A DNA stretch of 36,099 nucleotides, taken from the NCBI GenBank assembly GCA_003660975.1, contig QMVG01000008.1, forward strand, positions 1-36,099, in the 5' to 3' direction. The stretch is from Candidatus Micrarchaeota archaeon. Lineage in GTDB: Archaea > B1Sed10-29 > B47-G15. The position numbers and the translations under genes were made by a program. The notes below the pieces were generated by a model that was given only the letters and a program-made list of their open reading frames with translations, did no database searches and had not been told where the DNA came from. Below are positions 9,622-19,465 of this stretch, in pieces (the stretch's first letter is position 1; each line of letters starts with the position of its first letter).

Positions 9622-10852
9622 AATAAGAGATATAATATTGAGCAAGGGGGAGATATGCGACCACTGTTTGGGCAGGCAGTTCACACAGCTGTATCAAGGC
9701 GTTGAAAACAGCAAAATAGGGGCAGCCATACGCATTGCCAAGACCGAGGAAGATATTGCAAAGCTTATATCAAAGGATTTGAAAGTAAAGCTCAGCAAAA
9801 ACTGTTTCATATGTAAGGGCATTTTTACTGAGATGGAAGATATGCTTGAGAAAATGCTTGAGAAGGCATCTGGGCTAGAGTGGAAGAGCTTTCTTGTTGG
9901 CAACAAGCTTCCTCCAGAGCTTATTGAAAGCGAGGAAATTCTGTGGACGGATATAGGAATGCAATACTGCGAGCCGATAAAAAGGGAGATAAACAGGCTG
10001 CTGGGAAAGAGGATTTCTGAAAAGACCGGAAAGCTTGCTGACTTTGAAAATCCAGATATCATTTTAATTGCTAACTTTAAGACAAAGAGGGCTGAGATAA
10101 ACATTAGGCCTCTTTTCATAAAAGGCAAATATAGAAAGCTTGTCAGAGGCATCCCTCAGACAAAGTGGCCTTGCAGATATTGCAAGGGAATTGGCTGTGA
10201 AAAATGCAATTACACTGGAAAGATGTACAAAGAGAGTGTTGAGGAATTGATAGCGCATGAAATACTGAAAGCCACTGGCGGTAAAGAAAGCAAGTTTCAC
10301 GGCAAGGGCAGGGAGGACATTGATGCCTTAATGCTCGGCAGTGGGAGGGACTTTATTATAGAAATTATAGAGCCAAAAAAGAGGTACATAAATCTTGACG
10401 AAATGTTGAGAAAAATAAATGATTATGCTAAAGGAAAAGTTGAGGTCTCAGATCTATCGTTCTCCAACAAAAAAGAGGTTATTGAGCTGAAAGCAGCCAC
10501 AGCAGATAAGGTTTATGAAGCTTTTGTAAGCTCTGAAGAAAGCCTGTCTGATGAGGAAGTTCACAAGCTTGAGCTTTTCTTTAAAAACAGGAAAATAAAA
10601 CAGCGAACGCCGAAGAGGGTTGCCCATAGAAGGGCTGATAAAATCAGAGAAAAGGAGATAAGGTATGTGAAATGCCAAATGATTAATGAAAAACAGTTCA
10701 AAGCAGAGATAAGGGCAGAGTCAGGCACATATATCAAAGAGCTTATCTCAGGAGATGAAGGCAGGACAGAGCCATCTTTTTCAAGCACAATTAATAAAAA
10801 GCTCAGCTGTGAAAAGCTAAATGTCTTAGAGCTTGTTGATGTGGAGGATTGA
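9608..10852 (+). CDS. pus10: tRNA pseudouridine 54/55 synthase
   Basis: CDHCLGRQF, YRKLVRGIPQTKW, GREDID, QRTPKRV.HRRAD, GTYIKELISGD.GRT.PS. Confidence 0.96.
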   Translation: MKVLEIRDIILSKGEICDHCLGRQFTQLYQGVENSKIGAAIRIAKTEEDIAKLISKDLKVKLSKNCFICKGIFTEMEDMLEKMLEKASGLEWKSFLVGNKLPPELIESEEILWTDIGMQYCEPIKREINRLLGKRISEKTGKLADFENPDIILIANFKTKRAEINIRPLFIKGKYRKLVRGIPQTKWPCRYCKGIGCEKCNYTGKMYKESVEELIAHEILKATGGKESKFHGKGREDIDALMLGSGRDFIIEIIEPKKRYINLDEMLRKINDYAKGKVEVSDLSFSNKKEVIELKAATADKVYEAFVSSEESLSDEEVHKLELFFKNRKIKQRTPKRVAHRRADKIREKEIRYVKCQMINEKQFKAEIRAESGTYIKELISGDEGRTEPSFSSTINKKLSCEKLNVLELVDVED

Positions 10853-10855
10853 GAG

Positions 10856-11734
10856 ATGATAAATATAATAGCAGCTTTTTTGGGTCTTCTTTACTCAACT
10901 TACACAGACATAAAAACAGGCTATGTGGATGATTGGCTTTCACATACTCTTATCGTGCTTGGCGTGATATTTGTTCCTATATTTTACCCACATAGGATAA
11001 TAGAAGCGTATCTTATAGCTGCCTTAGTCTTTGCATTGGGCTTCGTACTCTATATATTCGGCAACATAGGCGGAGGAGATGTTAAGTTATTCACAGCCAT
11101 AAGCCTACTGCTTCCGTATTACAATGAGGACATTGCAGGTCTTTTTTCCTTTCTGGGCATAAGGCCAGTCATTCCCCCATATCCCTTTATATTCAGCGTT
11201 TTTCTGCTCTCAGGCATAATCTTCATGCTTGTTATGTCGTCTTTCTATTTCTACAAGATATTGAAATACAGGAAAAAAATAGAGGAATTTCATAGAAAAG
11301 CTTTAATTGGCTTTGCATATGCAGTGGTGCTGCTTCCTTTTTTCTACTATTGGTCCTATTTTTCATGGTTCTTTACTTTGCTTTACATACCAATAAGCAT
11401 CACCTGTTTTATAATTCCATTCAAGGCAGATTTTGTCAAGCTTTTCTTTGCTAGGAAGAAATCGGTAAGCAAGTTAGATGATGATGACATACTGGCTTTG
11501 GAGATAATGGACAAGGACATTATAAAAAAGCTCGGCGTAAAGAGAAAAACACACACAAATTGGGAGCTTAAGAAAATAAAAGAAAATGCCAAAAAATATG
11601 GAATAAAAACAGTGCCTGTCTGCGAAAACCTGCCTAAGTATGTGCCTTACATCCTGATTTCATTTATATTGAATCTTCTGACAGGAGATTTTTTTCTATA
11701 CATGCTGAAGCTCAGCAATACCGTGATTTTCTAA
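10856..11734 (+). CDS. A24 prepilin/prearchaellin peptidase (PibD/FlaK-like)
   Basis: TD motif in first TM segment and GGGDVKL; polytopic membrane protein. Confidence 0.85.
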   Translation: MINIIAAFLGLLYSTYTDIKTGYVDDWLSHTLIVLGVIFVPIFYPHRIIEAYLIAALVFALGFVLYIFGNIGGGDVKLFTAISLLLPYYNEDIAGLFSFLGIRPVIPPYPFIFSVFLLSGIIFMLVMSSFYFYKILKYRKKIEEFHRKALIGFAYAVVLLPFFYYWSYFSWFFTLLYIPISITCFIIPFKADFVKLFFARKKSVSKLDDDDILALEIMDKDIIKKLGVKRKTHTNWELKKIKENAKKYGIKTVPVCENLPKYVPYILISFILNLLTGDFFLYMLKLSNTVIF

Positions 11735-13002
11735 TGTATCATCAGACCTACTGCCATAAACAGGCTTAGAAGGCTTATCACAACAGTTAAAAACATTTGC
11801 TTAGCGGAATACTTTATTATCTCTACAGTGCCATTGAGATAACAGAGCAACCATGCAAAGCATATGCTTCCCGCATTTGCCAAAAACAGCGCAAAGGTAG
11901 CTGTTAAAGCGTCTATATTGCCAGAGCTGAGAAGACCCGCTATTGAGATGGAGGTTGAAGTGCTGCTTATCACACCGCCCACAAAGGCAGTTATAAGGAA
12001 GACCCCAAAGTTTACTTTTCCAGCAAGGTCTAAGAGCACAAAGAGGAAGAATATCCCTAATCCCAGCTTCGCGGCAACCTTGACATTAAAAGGAGATTCA
12101 ACAGTTATCGGTTTTATCTCCTTTTTTCTTTGCATTACCTTTCTCAGCGTGTAATATGCAAAGAATATGAACATTGAAATCATCAAGAGAAACGGTAGAA
12201 AAGCATAATCGAGCACCTGTGGCGCAGGCATTGCTACTATAATGAGATTTCTAAGGGATAGCCCTGCATTTATGGTAAAGAATGCAGCCAGTATGCTTGC
12301 TAGCCTCTTTTTATTCTCTTTGTAAAAATTGCTTACAGCCATTGTAGCTGCTATTGAACTCATCATACCTCCAAGAAAGCTTATTATCTCTATTTGATAA
12401 CTGCCTCTAAGGAAGCGGGCAGAGAGAAAAGCTATAAAATTTATTAAAGAAACCAGCACAATAAGGGCCCAGATCAATAAGAGAGGCAGTTTTATACCGT
12501 AAAGAACAAGTTCTCTTGGGATTATTGGATATACAATGCCAAGCAGTATGAGAAATTCAAGTAGGTCCCCTACCTCTTTTTGCGTCAAGTGCTTTACTAT
12601 TTGGTGTAACCTTTCCCGCGAGAAGAGAATAACAGCCACCGCTATTGACAAAAAGATGGCTTCAAAAAACATGTCATAGCCAACCATAACTCCAAGGATG
12701 TATGTAATAATAACAGATATACATGTAGTGAAGCCAGGTCCTTTTTTTCGTATCAAACTGTTTACATAGATTACAATAGCAAATATAGAGATAAAAGCCA
12801 AACCAATAGCAGTAAATAATGTGGAAGCATAACTGACAACCTCCTCAGGTATGACAACAGTCATGGTTCCCAAAAGTGAAATAAGGGCAAAGGTCCTAAG
12901 CCCCATAATCTCCTGCTTTTTGTGATACTCTCTTTCCATGCCGAGTAATGCCCCTATGAATATTGAGAGCAATATCTCCTGAAGAAAAGAGTACGTTATC
13001 AT
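11731..13002 (-). CDS. MgtC/SapB-DUF4010 membrane protein
   Basis: GALLGMERE..GLRTFALISLLG, GFTT, GG.ISST. Confidence 0.85.
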   Translation of the reverse strand: MITYSFLQEILLSIFIGALLGMEREYHKKQEIMGLRTFALISLLGTMTVVIPEEVVSYASTLFTAIGLAFISIFAIVIYVNSLIRKKGPGFTTCISVIITYILGVMVGYDMFFEAIFLSIAVAVILFSRERLHQIVKHLTQKEVGDLLEFLILLGIVYPIIPRELVLYGIKLPLLLIWALIVLVSLINFIAFLSARFLRGSYQIEIISFLGGMMSSIAATMAVSNFYKENKKRLASILAAFFTINAGLSLRNLIIVAMPAPQVLDYAFLPFLLMISMFIFFAYYTLRKVMQRKKEIKPITVESPFNVKVAAKLGLGIFFLFVLLDLAGKVNFGVFLITAFVGGVISSTSTSISIAGLLSSGNIDALTATFALFLANAGSICFAWLLCYLNGTVEIIKYSAKQMFLTVVISLLSLFMAVGLMIH

Positions 13003-13766
13003 CTTTCTCCTCCTGCTTTATGAATTGCAGACGCGATGCGCTTTATTAGCTCAGCGTTCTTTTCAGCATTTTCAACAATGTTGCCAGTTACAATGATGTC
13101 TGCCCCAGCTTTTACTTTTTGATAAGCTGTTTTTTCGTCTCTTATGCCTCCACCAACTATTAAGGGTATCTCAAGAACCTCTTTTGTTGCTTTTATAACA
13201 TTATCAGGTACTGGTGTAGGGGCACCAGAACCTGCTTCTAAGTAAACCACCTTCATACCTAAATATTGGGCTGCTAAGGCATATGAAGCAGCAATTTTTG
13301 GTTTGTTTGGCGGTATGCCGTTCACATCACCGTAGAAAGCAACGCTTGATTTCACAGGCGACTCCATGACAATATATCCCATTGGAATTGCCTCTATGTT
13401 CGCTTTATAAACGCTAAATGAGGCCAATGCCTGAGCCAAAGAAAGCCAATAGCGAGACCTTGAGTTCATCAAGGTCATGAAATATATAGCATCTGCATAA
13501 GGCGAGATTTGTGAAACACCTCCAGGAAAGATAATCACAGGCAAATTGCTGCCCTTCTTTATTGCCTTTATGCACATATCAATCTGCTCTCTGTCAACAC
13601 TGGAGCCCCCTACCATTATAGCGTCAACGCCAGAGTCCTCAATTATCTTGGCAGTCCTCATCACATCATGGCTATTGTTGAAATTGTCCTGGTCTATAAG
13701 GGCCATGTGCAATGCTCCTTTTTCTTTAATCCCTTTAATTATGTAGTCGTATACGTCGTGTTTCAT
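12999..13766 (-). CDS. geranylgeranylglyceryl phosphate synthase
   Basis: DAIMVGGS, PVIIFPG, YLEAGSGA, VGGGIR, GADIIVTG. Confidence 0.93.
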   Translation of the reverse strand: MKHDVYDYIIKGIKEKGALHMALIDQDNFNNSHDVMRTAKIIEDSGVDAIMVGGSSVDREQIDMCIKAIKKGSNLPVIIFPGGVSQISPYADAIYFMTLMNSRSRYWLSLAQALASFSVYKANIEAIPMGYIVMESPVKSSVAFYGDVNGIPPNKPKIAASYALAAQYLGMKVVYLEAGSGAPTPVPDNVIKATKEVLEIPLIVGGGIRDEKTAYQKVKAGADIIVTGNIVENAEKNAELIKRIASAIHKAGGER

Positions 13767-13903
13767 TTACACCCCCGCCTACAATCTGTTTTAACCCTAT
13801 TTCAAATATAAAAGCATATGTCATTTTTATATGGGCGCTTCGCTGATTGTTTAAGCGACAGGTACACAGGAGATTTTTAAAAGGCAAAAAACAGAATCTT
13901 AGC

Positions 13904-14839
13904 ATGGTGGCTTCTATCTTAGACAATCCTGAAAAGATAATAAAGCTCATTGAGGAGAAATCTGGGTTATCCAAAGAGGAGATAGAGGAGAGAATCAGGA
14001 AGAAACAGGAGGATTTTGGAGGGCTCCTCACTAGAGCAGGGGCTGCATATGCCCTTGCAAAGGACCTGGACCTTAACTTTGAGGAGGAATTTAGAAAGCA
14101 ACGCATCACAGACATCAAAGAGGGCAGCTTCAATATAAATCTAGAAGCAGAGGTTTTGAAAGTGTTTCCTACCCACTTCTTTAAGAGAAATGGGGAAGAC
14201 AGGTCTGTAAGGAATCTGATAATTTCTGATGACTCAGGAACCTCTAAGCTGGTTCTGTGGAACAAGGACATAGACATCTCTGAAGGAGACAAGATAAGGA
14301 TATCAAATGCATATAGCAAGAACAATGAAATACATCTAGGGGACAGGGGATATATACACATAGTGAACAAGGCAGAAAGAAAGAGGGAAGAGCTGTCTAA
14401 AATATCTGAACTCAAGATAGGAGAGCACGTAAAGGTAAGGGCATTTGTTACGAGGCTTTACAGGCCGAGCGTCATAAGGATATGTGCAAGCTGTGGAGCA
14501 ATGATGAAGGAAGACATCTGTCAGAATTGCGGGGCTAAGGAATCCAAGCACACACTGATTTTGAATATGGAGTTAGATGACGGCTCATCAACAATCAGAG
14601 CCACTATGTATAGATATGTAGCAGAGGCATTTCTAGGCATAAGCGGGGATGAAATGAGCAAAAACCAAAAGCTTTTTGATTATAAACTGCCCCAATTAAT
14701 TGGAGTTGAGAAAATCTTCACAGGCGATGTCAGGAAAAACAATTATATGGACAGCAGTGAACTGATAGTTCGCAGCTTTGAAGATGTTAATGTTGATAAG
14801 GAGATTGAAAGGTTGATCTTATGCCAGGAAAAAGAATAG
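13904..14839 (+). CDS. rpa: replication protein A (OB folds plus Zn finger)
   Basis: [30 protein letters not shown]; directly upstream of radA. Confidence 0.85.
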   Translation: MVASILDNPEKIIKLIEEKSGLSKEEIEERIRKKQEDFGGLLTRAGAAYALAKDLDLNFEEEFRKQRITDIKEGSFNINLEAEVLKVFPTHFFKRNGEDRSVRNLIISDDSGTSKLVLWNKDIDISEGDKIRISNAYSKNNEIHLGDRGYIHIVNKAERKREELSKISELKIGEHVKVRAFVTRLYRPSVIRICASCGAMMKEDICQNCGAKESKHTLILNMELDDGSSTIRATMYRYVAEAFLGISGDEMSKNQKLFDYKLPQLIGVEKIFTGDVRKNNYMDSSELIVRSFEDVNVDKEIERLILCQEKE

Positions 14840-15771
14840 AAAAGATAGAGGACTTGCCAGGCGTTGGCGAGACAACTGCAAAGAAACTTAGAGAAGGTGG
14901 CTTCACCAGCTTGGAAGCAATAGCCGTGGCTTCTCCTGGAGAATTGATGGACGCAGCTGGTCTGGGTGAGAGCACTGCCTCAAAGATTATAAATGCAGCT
15001 AGGAAGGCCACAGAGGTTGGCATTGAAACAGCAAAGGATATTTTAGAGAGAAGAAAGAATGTTATAAAGCTGACCACTGGGTCAAAGCAGCTCGATGCCC
15101 TGCTGGGCGGTGGCATAGAATCTCAAGCCATAACAGAGGCATACGGCAAATTCGCCAGCGGAAAGACACAGTTAGCATTACAATTGGCCGTTAACGTGCA
15201 ATTGCCACCAGAAAAACAAGGCCTAGGAGGAGCTTGCTTTTTCATAGATACTGAAAATACATTTAGGCCAGAGAGGATAGTGCAGATGGCAGAGGCAAAG
15301 GGACTAGAACCTGAAAATGTTTTGGAAAACATCTTTGTTGCCAAGGCACACAATGCCGACCACCAGATGCTTTTAGCTGAAAAAGCAAACGAAGTAATAG
15401 AGGAACACAATGTTAAGCTAATTGTTGTTGATTCTTTAACTTCGCGGTTCAGGAGTGAGTTTTTGGGGAGAGGGACACTTGCAGATAGGCAGCAAAGGTT
15501 AAATAAGCACCTACATGTCCTGCAGAAATGGGCAGATCTCTACAATATACCTGTTTTTGTAACCAACCAGGTGATGGCCAATCCAGGCGTTTTATTTGGG
15601 GACCCGACAACACCAATAGGCGGGCATATTGTTGGACACCACTCAACATTTAGGATATATCTAAGAAAAGCAAAGAACGACATGAGGATTGCAAAACTTG
15701 TTGACGCCCCTTACCTGCCTGAAGGAGAGTGTTTGTTTAGGGTAACAGCAGAAGGTATAATTGACGTTTAG
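14821..15771 (+). CDS. radA: recombinase RadA
   Basis: Hh[44 protein letters not shown]; no intein. Confidence 0.98.
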   Translation: MPGKRIEKIEDLPGVGETTAKKLREGGFTSLEAIAVASPGELMDAAGLGESTASKIINAARKATEVGIETAKDILERRKNVIKLTTGSKQLDALLGGGIESQAITEAYGKFASGKTQLALQLAVNVQLPPEKQGLGGACFFIDTENTFRPERIVQMAEAKGLEPENVLENIFVAKAHNADHQMLLAEKANEVIEEHNVKLIVVDSLTSRFRSEFLGRGTLADRQQRLNKHLHVLQKWADLYNIPVFVTNQVMANPGVLFGDPTTPIGGHIVGHHSTFRIYLRKAKNDMRIAKLVDAPYLPEGECLFRVTAEGIIDV

Positions 15772-15989
15772 GAAAAGAATCTAAGCAGCAGAACTATCAC
15801 TATTGTTATGAAAAGTATAATACTGCTCAATAAGAGCATCCAATTGCTGCTTCCAAAAACCACTGGAAAAGGACCTATCATCACAGCCCCACCTGTCTCT
15901 ATGTTTACGGTTTTGCTTTCAAAGGCAGACATAAACATAACCAGAAATCCCATGAATACAAGCAGCATTCCTATAAAGAACATATTCAT
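15768..15989 (-). CDS. DUF131 family small membrane protein
   Basis: [15 protein letters not shown] between two TM helices. Confidence 0.85.
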   Translation of the reverse strand: MNMFFIGMLLVFMGFLVMFMSAFESKTVNIETGGAVMIGPFPVVFGSSNWMLLLSSIILFITIVIVLLLRFFS

Positions 15990-16150
15990 TTCTTTCCCTC
16001 TGTTTCAATGTTCTTTATCATCCTCCTTATTACTGCTCTTTTTTTCTTTATGAGTTTCTTTTCTTCATCACTCGCATCTTCATAATCCTGCTTGTACTGC
16101 TCTAATACCCTTTTTAGCAAGTTAATATGTTCTGATTTTTTATCTTTCAT
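15986..16150 (-). CDS. 54-aa charged hypothetical protein (missed by the ORF track)
   Basis: [54 protein letters not shown]; ATGA overlaps with both neighbours. Confidence 0.7.
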   Translation of the reverse strand: MKDKKSEHINLLKRVLEQYKQDYEDASDEEKKLIKKKRAVIRRMIKNIETEGKK

Positions 16151-16380
16151 AGTCCCAACAGCTTTCTTATTTTATCAACATCAAAACCTATTATGATGTT
16201 GCCGTCTATATCTATAACAGGCACCCCCATTTGCCCGCTTTTCATAATCATCTCAGTGGCCCTTTCAACGTCTTGTGAGACATCAACATCCTCAAATTCT
16301 ATATTATGTTCTTTCAGAAACTGCTTAGTTCTTTCACACCACGGGCATGTTGGTGTCGAATAGACAATTACCTTGTGCAT
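16147..16380 (-). CDS. glutaredoxin-like (NrdH/YruB) protein
   Basis: YSTPTCPWC, SGQMGVPVI, IIGFD. Confidence 0.92.
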   Translation of the reverse strand: MHKVIVYSTPTCPWCERTKQFLKEHNIEFEDVDVSQDVERATEMIMKSGQMGVPVIDIDGNIIIGFDVDKIRKLLGL

Positions 16381-16482
16381 TTAATCCCTCCAAAAATCGG
16401 TTTTTTACTCTTTTAGTTTTAGCAGCTTTAAATATATATCTGATTGGTAATGCTTTTAAATTAGTATTCCCTATTTAAAGCG

Positions 16483-17235
16483 ATGAAGAGGGTTAAGACA
16501 GGCATATATGGTCTTGATGAGCTGATAGAAGGCGGATTTCCAGCAGGCAGGACAGTGCTTGTCTCTGGCGGCTGCGGGACAGGCAAAACAATATTCTCTA
16601 TGCAATTCGCATACAGGGGAGCAGTTGAATTTGATGAGCCTGCTGTTTTTGTTACTTTGGATGAAAGACCAAAAATGATAAGAGAGGATATGCTTAGGTT
16701 TGGCTGGGATTTAAAGAAAGCAGAGCAGCAGGGAAAGTTTGCAATTTTGGATGCAAGTGCTGCCAAGGTTGGCTTTCCATCTGATGAGAAATATACTCTA
16801 CCGCAAAGCGGGATAGATATTGATAAGCTTTTAATGAAGATTATGGACATAAGTCAGCAAATGGGGGCAAAGAGGGTTGTGATTGACTCCATAGCTGGCC
16901 TGGGCTTGCAGGCAGAAAATGTAAATGAGATAAGAAAAACAATTTTAAAGCTGAATTACCTTCTTTTAAAAACCAATTACACAACTGTTATAACAAGCGA
17001 AATTGCAGAGCAGTCTTTTGAGAGTGGCCCAATGATGTTCTCTAAATACGGTGTTGAAGAATATGTAGCAGACGGCCTTATAGTATTGCACTATTTGGGC
17101 ATAGGCACACAGTCCAATAGGCAACTGTATATAAGGAAGATGAGGGGAACTAAGCACTTTGAGGATTTAATACCTATGGAAATTACTCCAAAAGGCATTG
17201 TAGTGAAAAAGCCAGAAGACGAGTATAAAATTTAA
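16483..17235 (+). CDS. single-domain KaiC/RAD55-like ATPase 1
   Basis: TGIYGLDELIEGG, GGCGTGKT, RVVIDS, KMRGT. Confidence 0.92.
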   Translation: MKRVKTGIYGLDELIEGGFPAGRTVLVSGGCGTGKTIFSMQFAYRGAVEFDEPAVFVTLDERPKMIREDMLRFGWDLKKAEQQGKFAILDASAAKVGFPSDEKYTLPQSGIDIDKLLMKIMDISQQMGAKRVVIDSIAGLGLQAENVNEIRKTILKLNYLLLKTNYTTVITSEIAEQSFESGPMMFSKYGVEEYVADGLIVLHYLGIGTQSNRQLYIRKMRGTKHFEDLIPMEITPKGIVVKKPEDEYKI

Positions 17236-17690
17236 AACGTTCTCTTGTATGTGGAAGATGACAGCATATCGTAAATCTCGTAGATTTCAGGGAATTCCTC
17301 GTAAAGGCTGTTTATAAAGTCGCTCTGCTCTTCCATGTTTTTTGTCTTAACGTTGATTAGAAACCTCCACTCTCCTGTTAATGAGTATATCTCCTTTATT
17401 TCATTTTTTCTTTCAAGCTTCTTTATTAAATCCCTGATTTTGCTTCCAGCCTTTACCTTTAGCAATATATAACTGTTTACGTAAGGGCCTGCTTTTTCAT
17501 AGTCTATCACAGGCATGAAAGCTTTTATTATGCCTTCCTCTTTCATTCTCTTTATTCTCGAGTGCACTGTTGCAGTTGGTTTGCCTATAAGCTTGGCTAT
17601 TAACGTGGCATTTGCTGATATTGCGTCTTTATTTCTCATAGCTTCAAGTATCTCCTGATCCAAGGCATCTAGGTCTGTCATGTATTTCAT
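17232..17690 (-). CDS. Lrp/AsnC transcriptional regulator
   Basis: LDALDQEIL, TVHSRIKRMKEEGII, YSLTGEW. Confidence 0.9.
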   Translation of the reverse strand: MKYMTDLDALDQEILEAMRNKDAISANATLIAKLIGKPTATVHSRIKRMKEEGIIKAFMPVIDYEKAGPYVNSYILLKVKAGSKIRDLIKKLERKNEIKEIYSLTGEWRFLINVKTKNMEEQSDFINSLYEEFPEIYEIYDMLSSSTYKRTF

Positions 17691-17942
17691 TTTGCCTAGA
17701 ATAATATATAAAGCTTACCAAGAGTTGGGTATTTTTATGTAAATTTTACAGACAAATTTAGATGTATGTCTAAATAAACAGCGAATTTGTGTTATTTTAA
17801 GCATTGTGCAATTATTTTTTAATATAAATGTTCAATAAATATCGTTTCTATGTGCTGTTTTTTCAAGGGTGCTATTTGTTGAATAATTACCAAAACATTT
17901 ATATATAAGAATAAATAATAACTATACATCCGTATTTTGAGA

Positions 17943-18009
17943 CTGGGTGAGCCTTCTCCTCCTCGCAGCGAATTCGGCGAGGAGGAGCCGAATTTTCTCT
18001 CATCGTTCC
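17943..18009. repeat. 67-bp GC-rich structured repeat, copy 1 (candidate sRNA core)
   Basis: CTGGGTGAGCCTTCTCCTCCTCGCAGCGAATTCGGCGAGGAGGAGCCGAATTTTCTCTCATCGTTCC; 66/67 identical to 21881-21947. Confidence 0.95.
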
Positions 18010-18096
18010 ACCATATCACCTCCCCCAATGAGAAGGCTCACCTTTCTTTACCTTTTATAGTTATTATTTTAAACCATCTATTCCTTATTTTCTACA

Positions 18097-18879
18097 ATGG
18101 CAATTGAAAGGGAACCTACAGGCATACCTGGCTTTGATGAGTTAATAGAAGGTGGTTTTCCGAGATACTCAATAGTGCTCGTCAGCGGGAGCCCTGGCAC
18201 TGGGAAATCCCTTTTTTCGCAGCATTTTGTATATACGGGAGCGACAAAATTTGAGCAAAAAGCCTTGTATGTCTCTTTTGAGCAAAGGATACCTGAAATA
18301 TATGAACAGGCAAAAAGGTTTGGCATGGACTTTGACCTTTTAGAAAAGCAGGGCAAGGTAAGGTTCGTCTTTTATGACATAAGCAACAGGGTGCTGGGAG
18401 AAGGAGAAACATACGTTGAGCTAATAAAGAGGGAGGCAAGAGAGTTCAATGCTAAAAGGATAGTGATAGATTCTTTAGTTCCTTTAGCCAACTTCCCCGT
18501 TTCTGTTGATGAGCTCGCTTCATACGGATTTATAAACGAAATAGACAAGTTAATGCCCATAGGCATAAGCGAGGAACTGCTTGTGAGAATGCAGGTACAT
18601 AAACTGATGAGCACATTAAAGGACCTAAGAGCCACCTCAATAGTTGTATCTGAAATACCAAAAGAGTCAAACTGGCTTTCAAGGGACAGGGTTAGTGAGT
18701 TTATGGCAGACGGAGTTATAGTATTGCACTATTTGGGCATAGGCACCACCTCCAACAGGTCTTTAGTCATAGAGAAAATGAGAGGCACGAAACACGCTGA
18801 AGACGTCATCCCAATGGAAATAGGAAAGAATGGCATTGAAGTTAAAAACCCCAGGGACGAATTCAAAGTGCCCAAATAA
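18097..18879 (+). CDS. single-domain KaiC/RAD55-like ATPase 2
   Basis: TGIPGFDELIEGG, GSPGTGKS, RIVIDS, KMRGT. Confidence 0.92.
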   Translation: MAIEREPTGIPGFDELIEGGFPRYSIVLVSGSPGTGKSLFSQHFVYTGATKFEQKALYVSFEQRIPEIYEQAKRFGMDFDLLEKQGKVRFVFYDISNRVLGEGETYVELIKREAREFNAKRIVIDSLVPLANFPVSVDELASYGFINEIDKLMPIGISEELLVRMQVHKLMSTLKDLRATSIVVSEIPKESNWLSRDRVSEFMADGVIVLHYLGIGTTSNRSLVIEKMRGTKHAEDVIPMEIGKNGIEVKNPRDEFKVPK

Positions 18880-18881
18880 GT

Positions 18882-19463
18882 TTACTTAAAAAGGTGTGGC
18901 AATTGTCTTTTAGTTATGTTAGAATTTAGATCAAAACCTGTTGCTGGTTTGGTTATGAATTTACAAATTTTGTCTCCAGCAGACACACAATTCGTCTCAA
19001 CCACTTCAAGATTATTTATCCCAAAGGATACCCTTAGCTCACCAGCAATGAATCCTCTAATGATGTGACATGAAGGCTCATTCGATTTTTTAGCTTTAGC
19101 ATACTGTGAATTTTCACATATATTTATAAAATAATTATTTTCTAAATCAGCTTTATATACCTCCCATTTTCCCCAACCCCCCATGGATGAAATGTCCATC
19201 AATAGCTTGGCAAGCTTAAAACCAGACAGCCTGGTTTCTTCTTTATAAAGCAGAGCTATCTTTTTACCTGTTTCTATTCCTAGATTATACATAAATGAAA
19301 TTCCTTCTTTTCCTAACCGTTTTACTATCTCTTCTTCCATACTTGCAAAGGGTCTCGCAGGAAAGATTACATGGGGCGCACCCAAAATACTAAACATACC
19401 ATCTTCAATAGTAAACTGTCTCGCAAACATAAGCTTCTTAGCCAAACTACTTACAGACACCAT
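18882..19463 (-). CDS. V4R-domain ligand-binding protein
   Basis: GWGKWE, PSCHIIRGFIAG, ETNCVSAGDKICKF; start ATG 19463 or GTG 19469. Confidence 0.85.
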   Translation of the reverse strand: MVSVSSLAKKLMFARQFTIEDGMFSILGAPHVIFPARPFASMEEEIVKRLGKEGISFMYNLGIETGKKIALLYKEETRLSGFKLAKLLMDISSMGGWGKWEVYKADLENNYFINICENSQYAKAKKSNEPSCHIIRGFIAGELRVSFGINNLEVVETNCVSAGDKICKFITKPATGFDLNSNITKRQLPHLFK

Positions 19464-19465
19464 AT

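Noticed and set aside
17819-18028. 69-aa minus-strand ORF across repeat copy 1
   Set aside because: TTG start, no recognisable motif, runs through a hairpin repeat and AT-rich promoter DNA
16483-18879. KaiC genes as a circadian clock
   Set aside because: Single-domain proteins; no kaiA/kaiB in the window; positions matching KaiC S431/T432 read EY and EF
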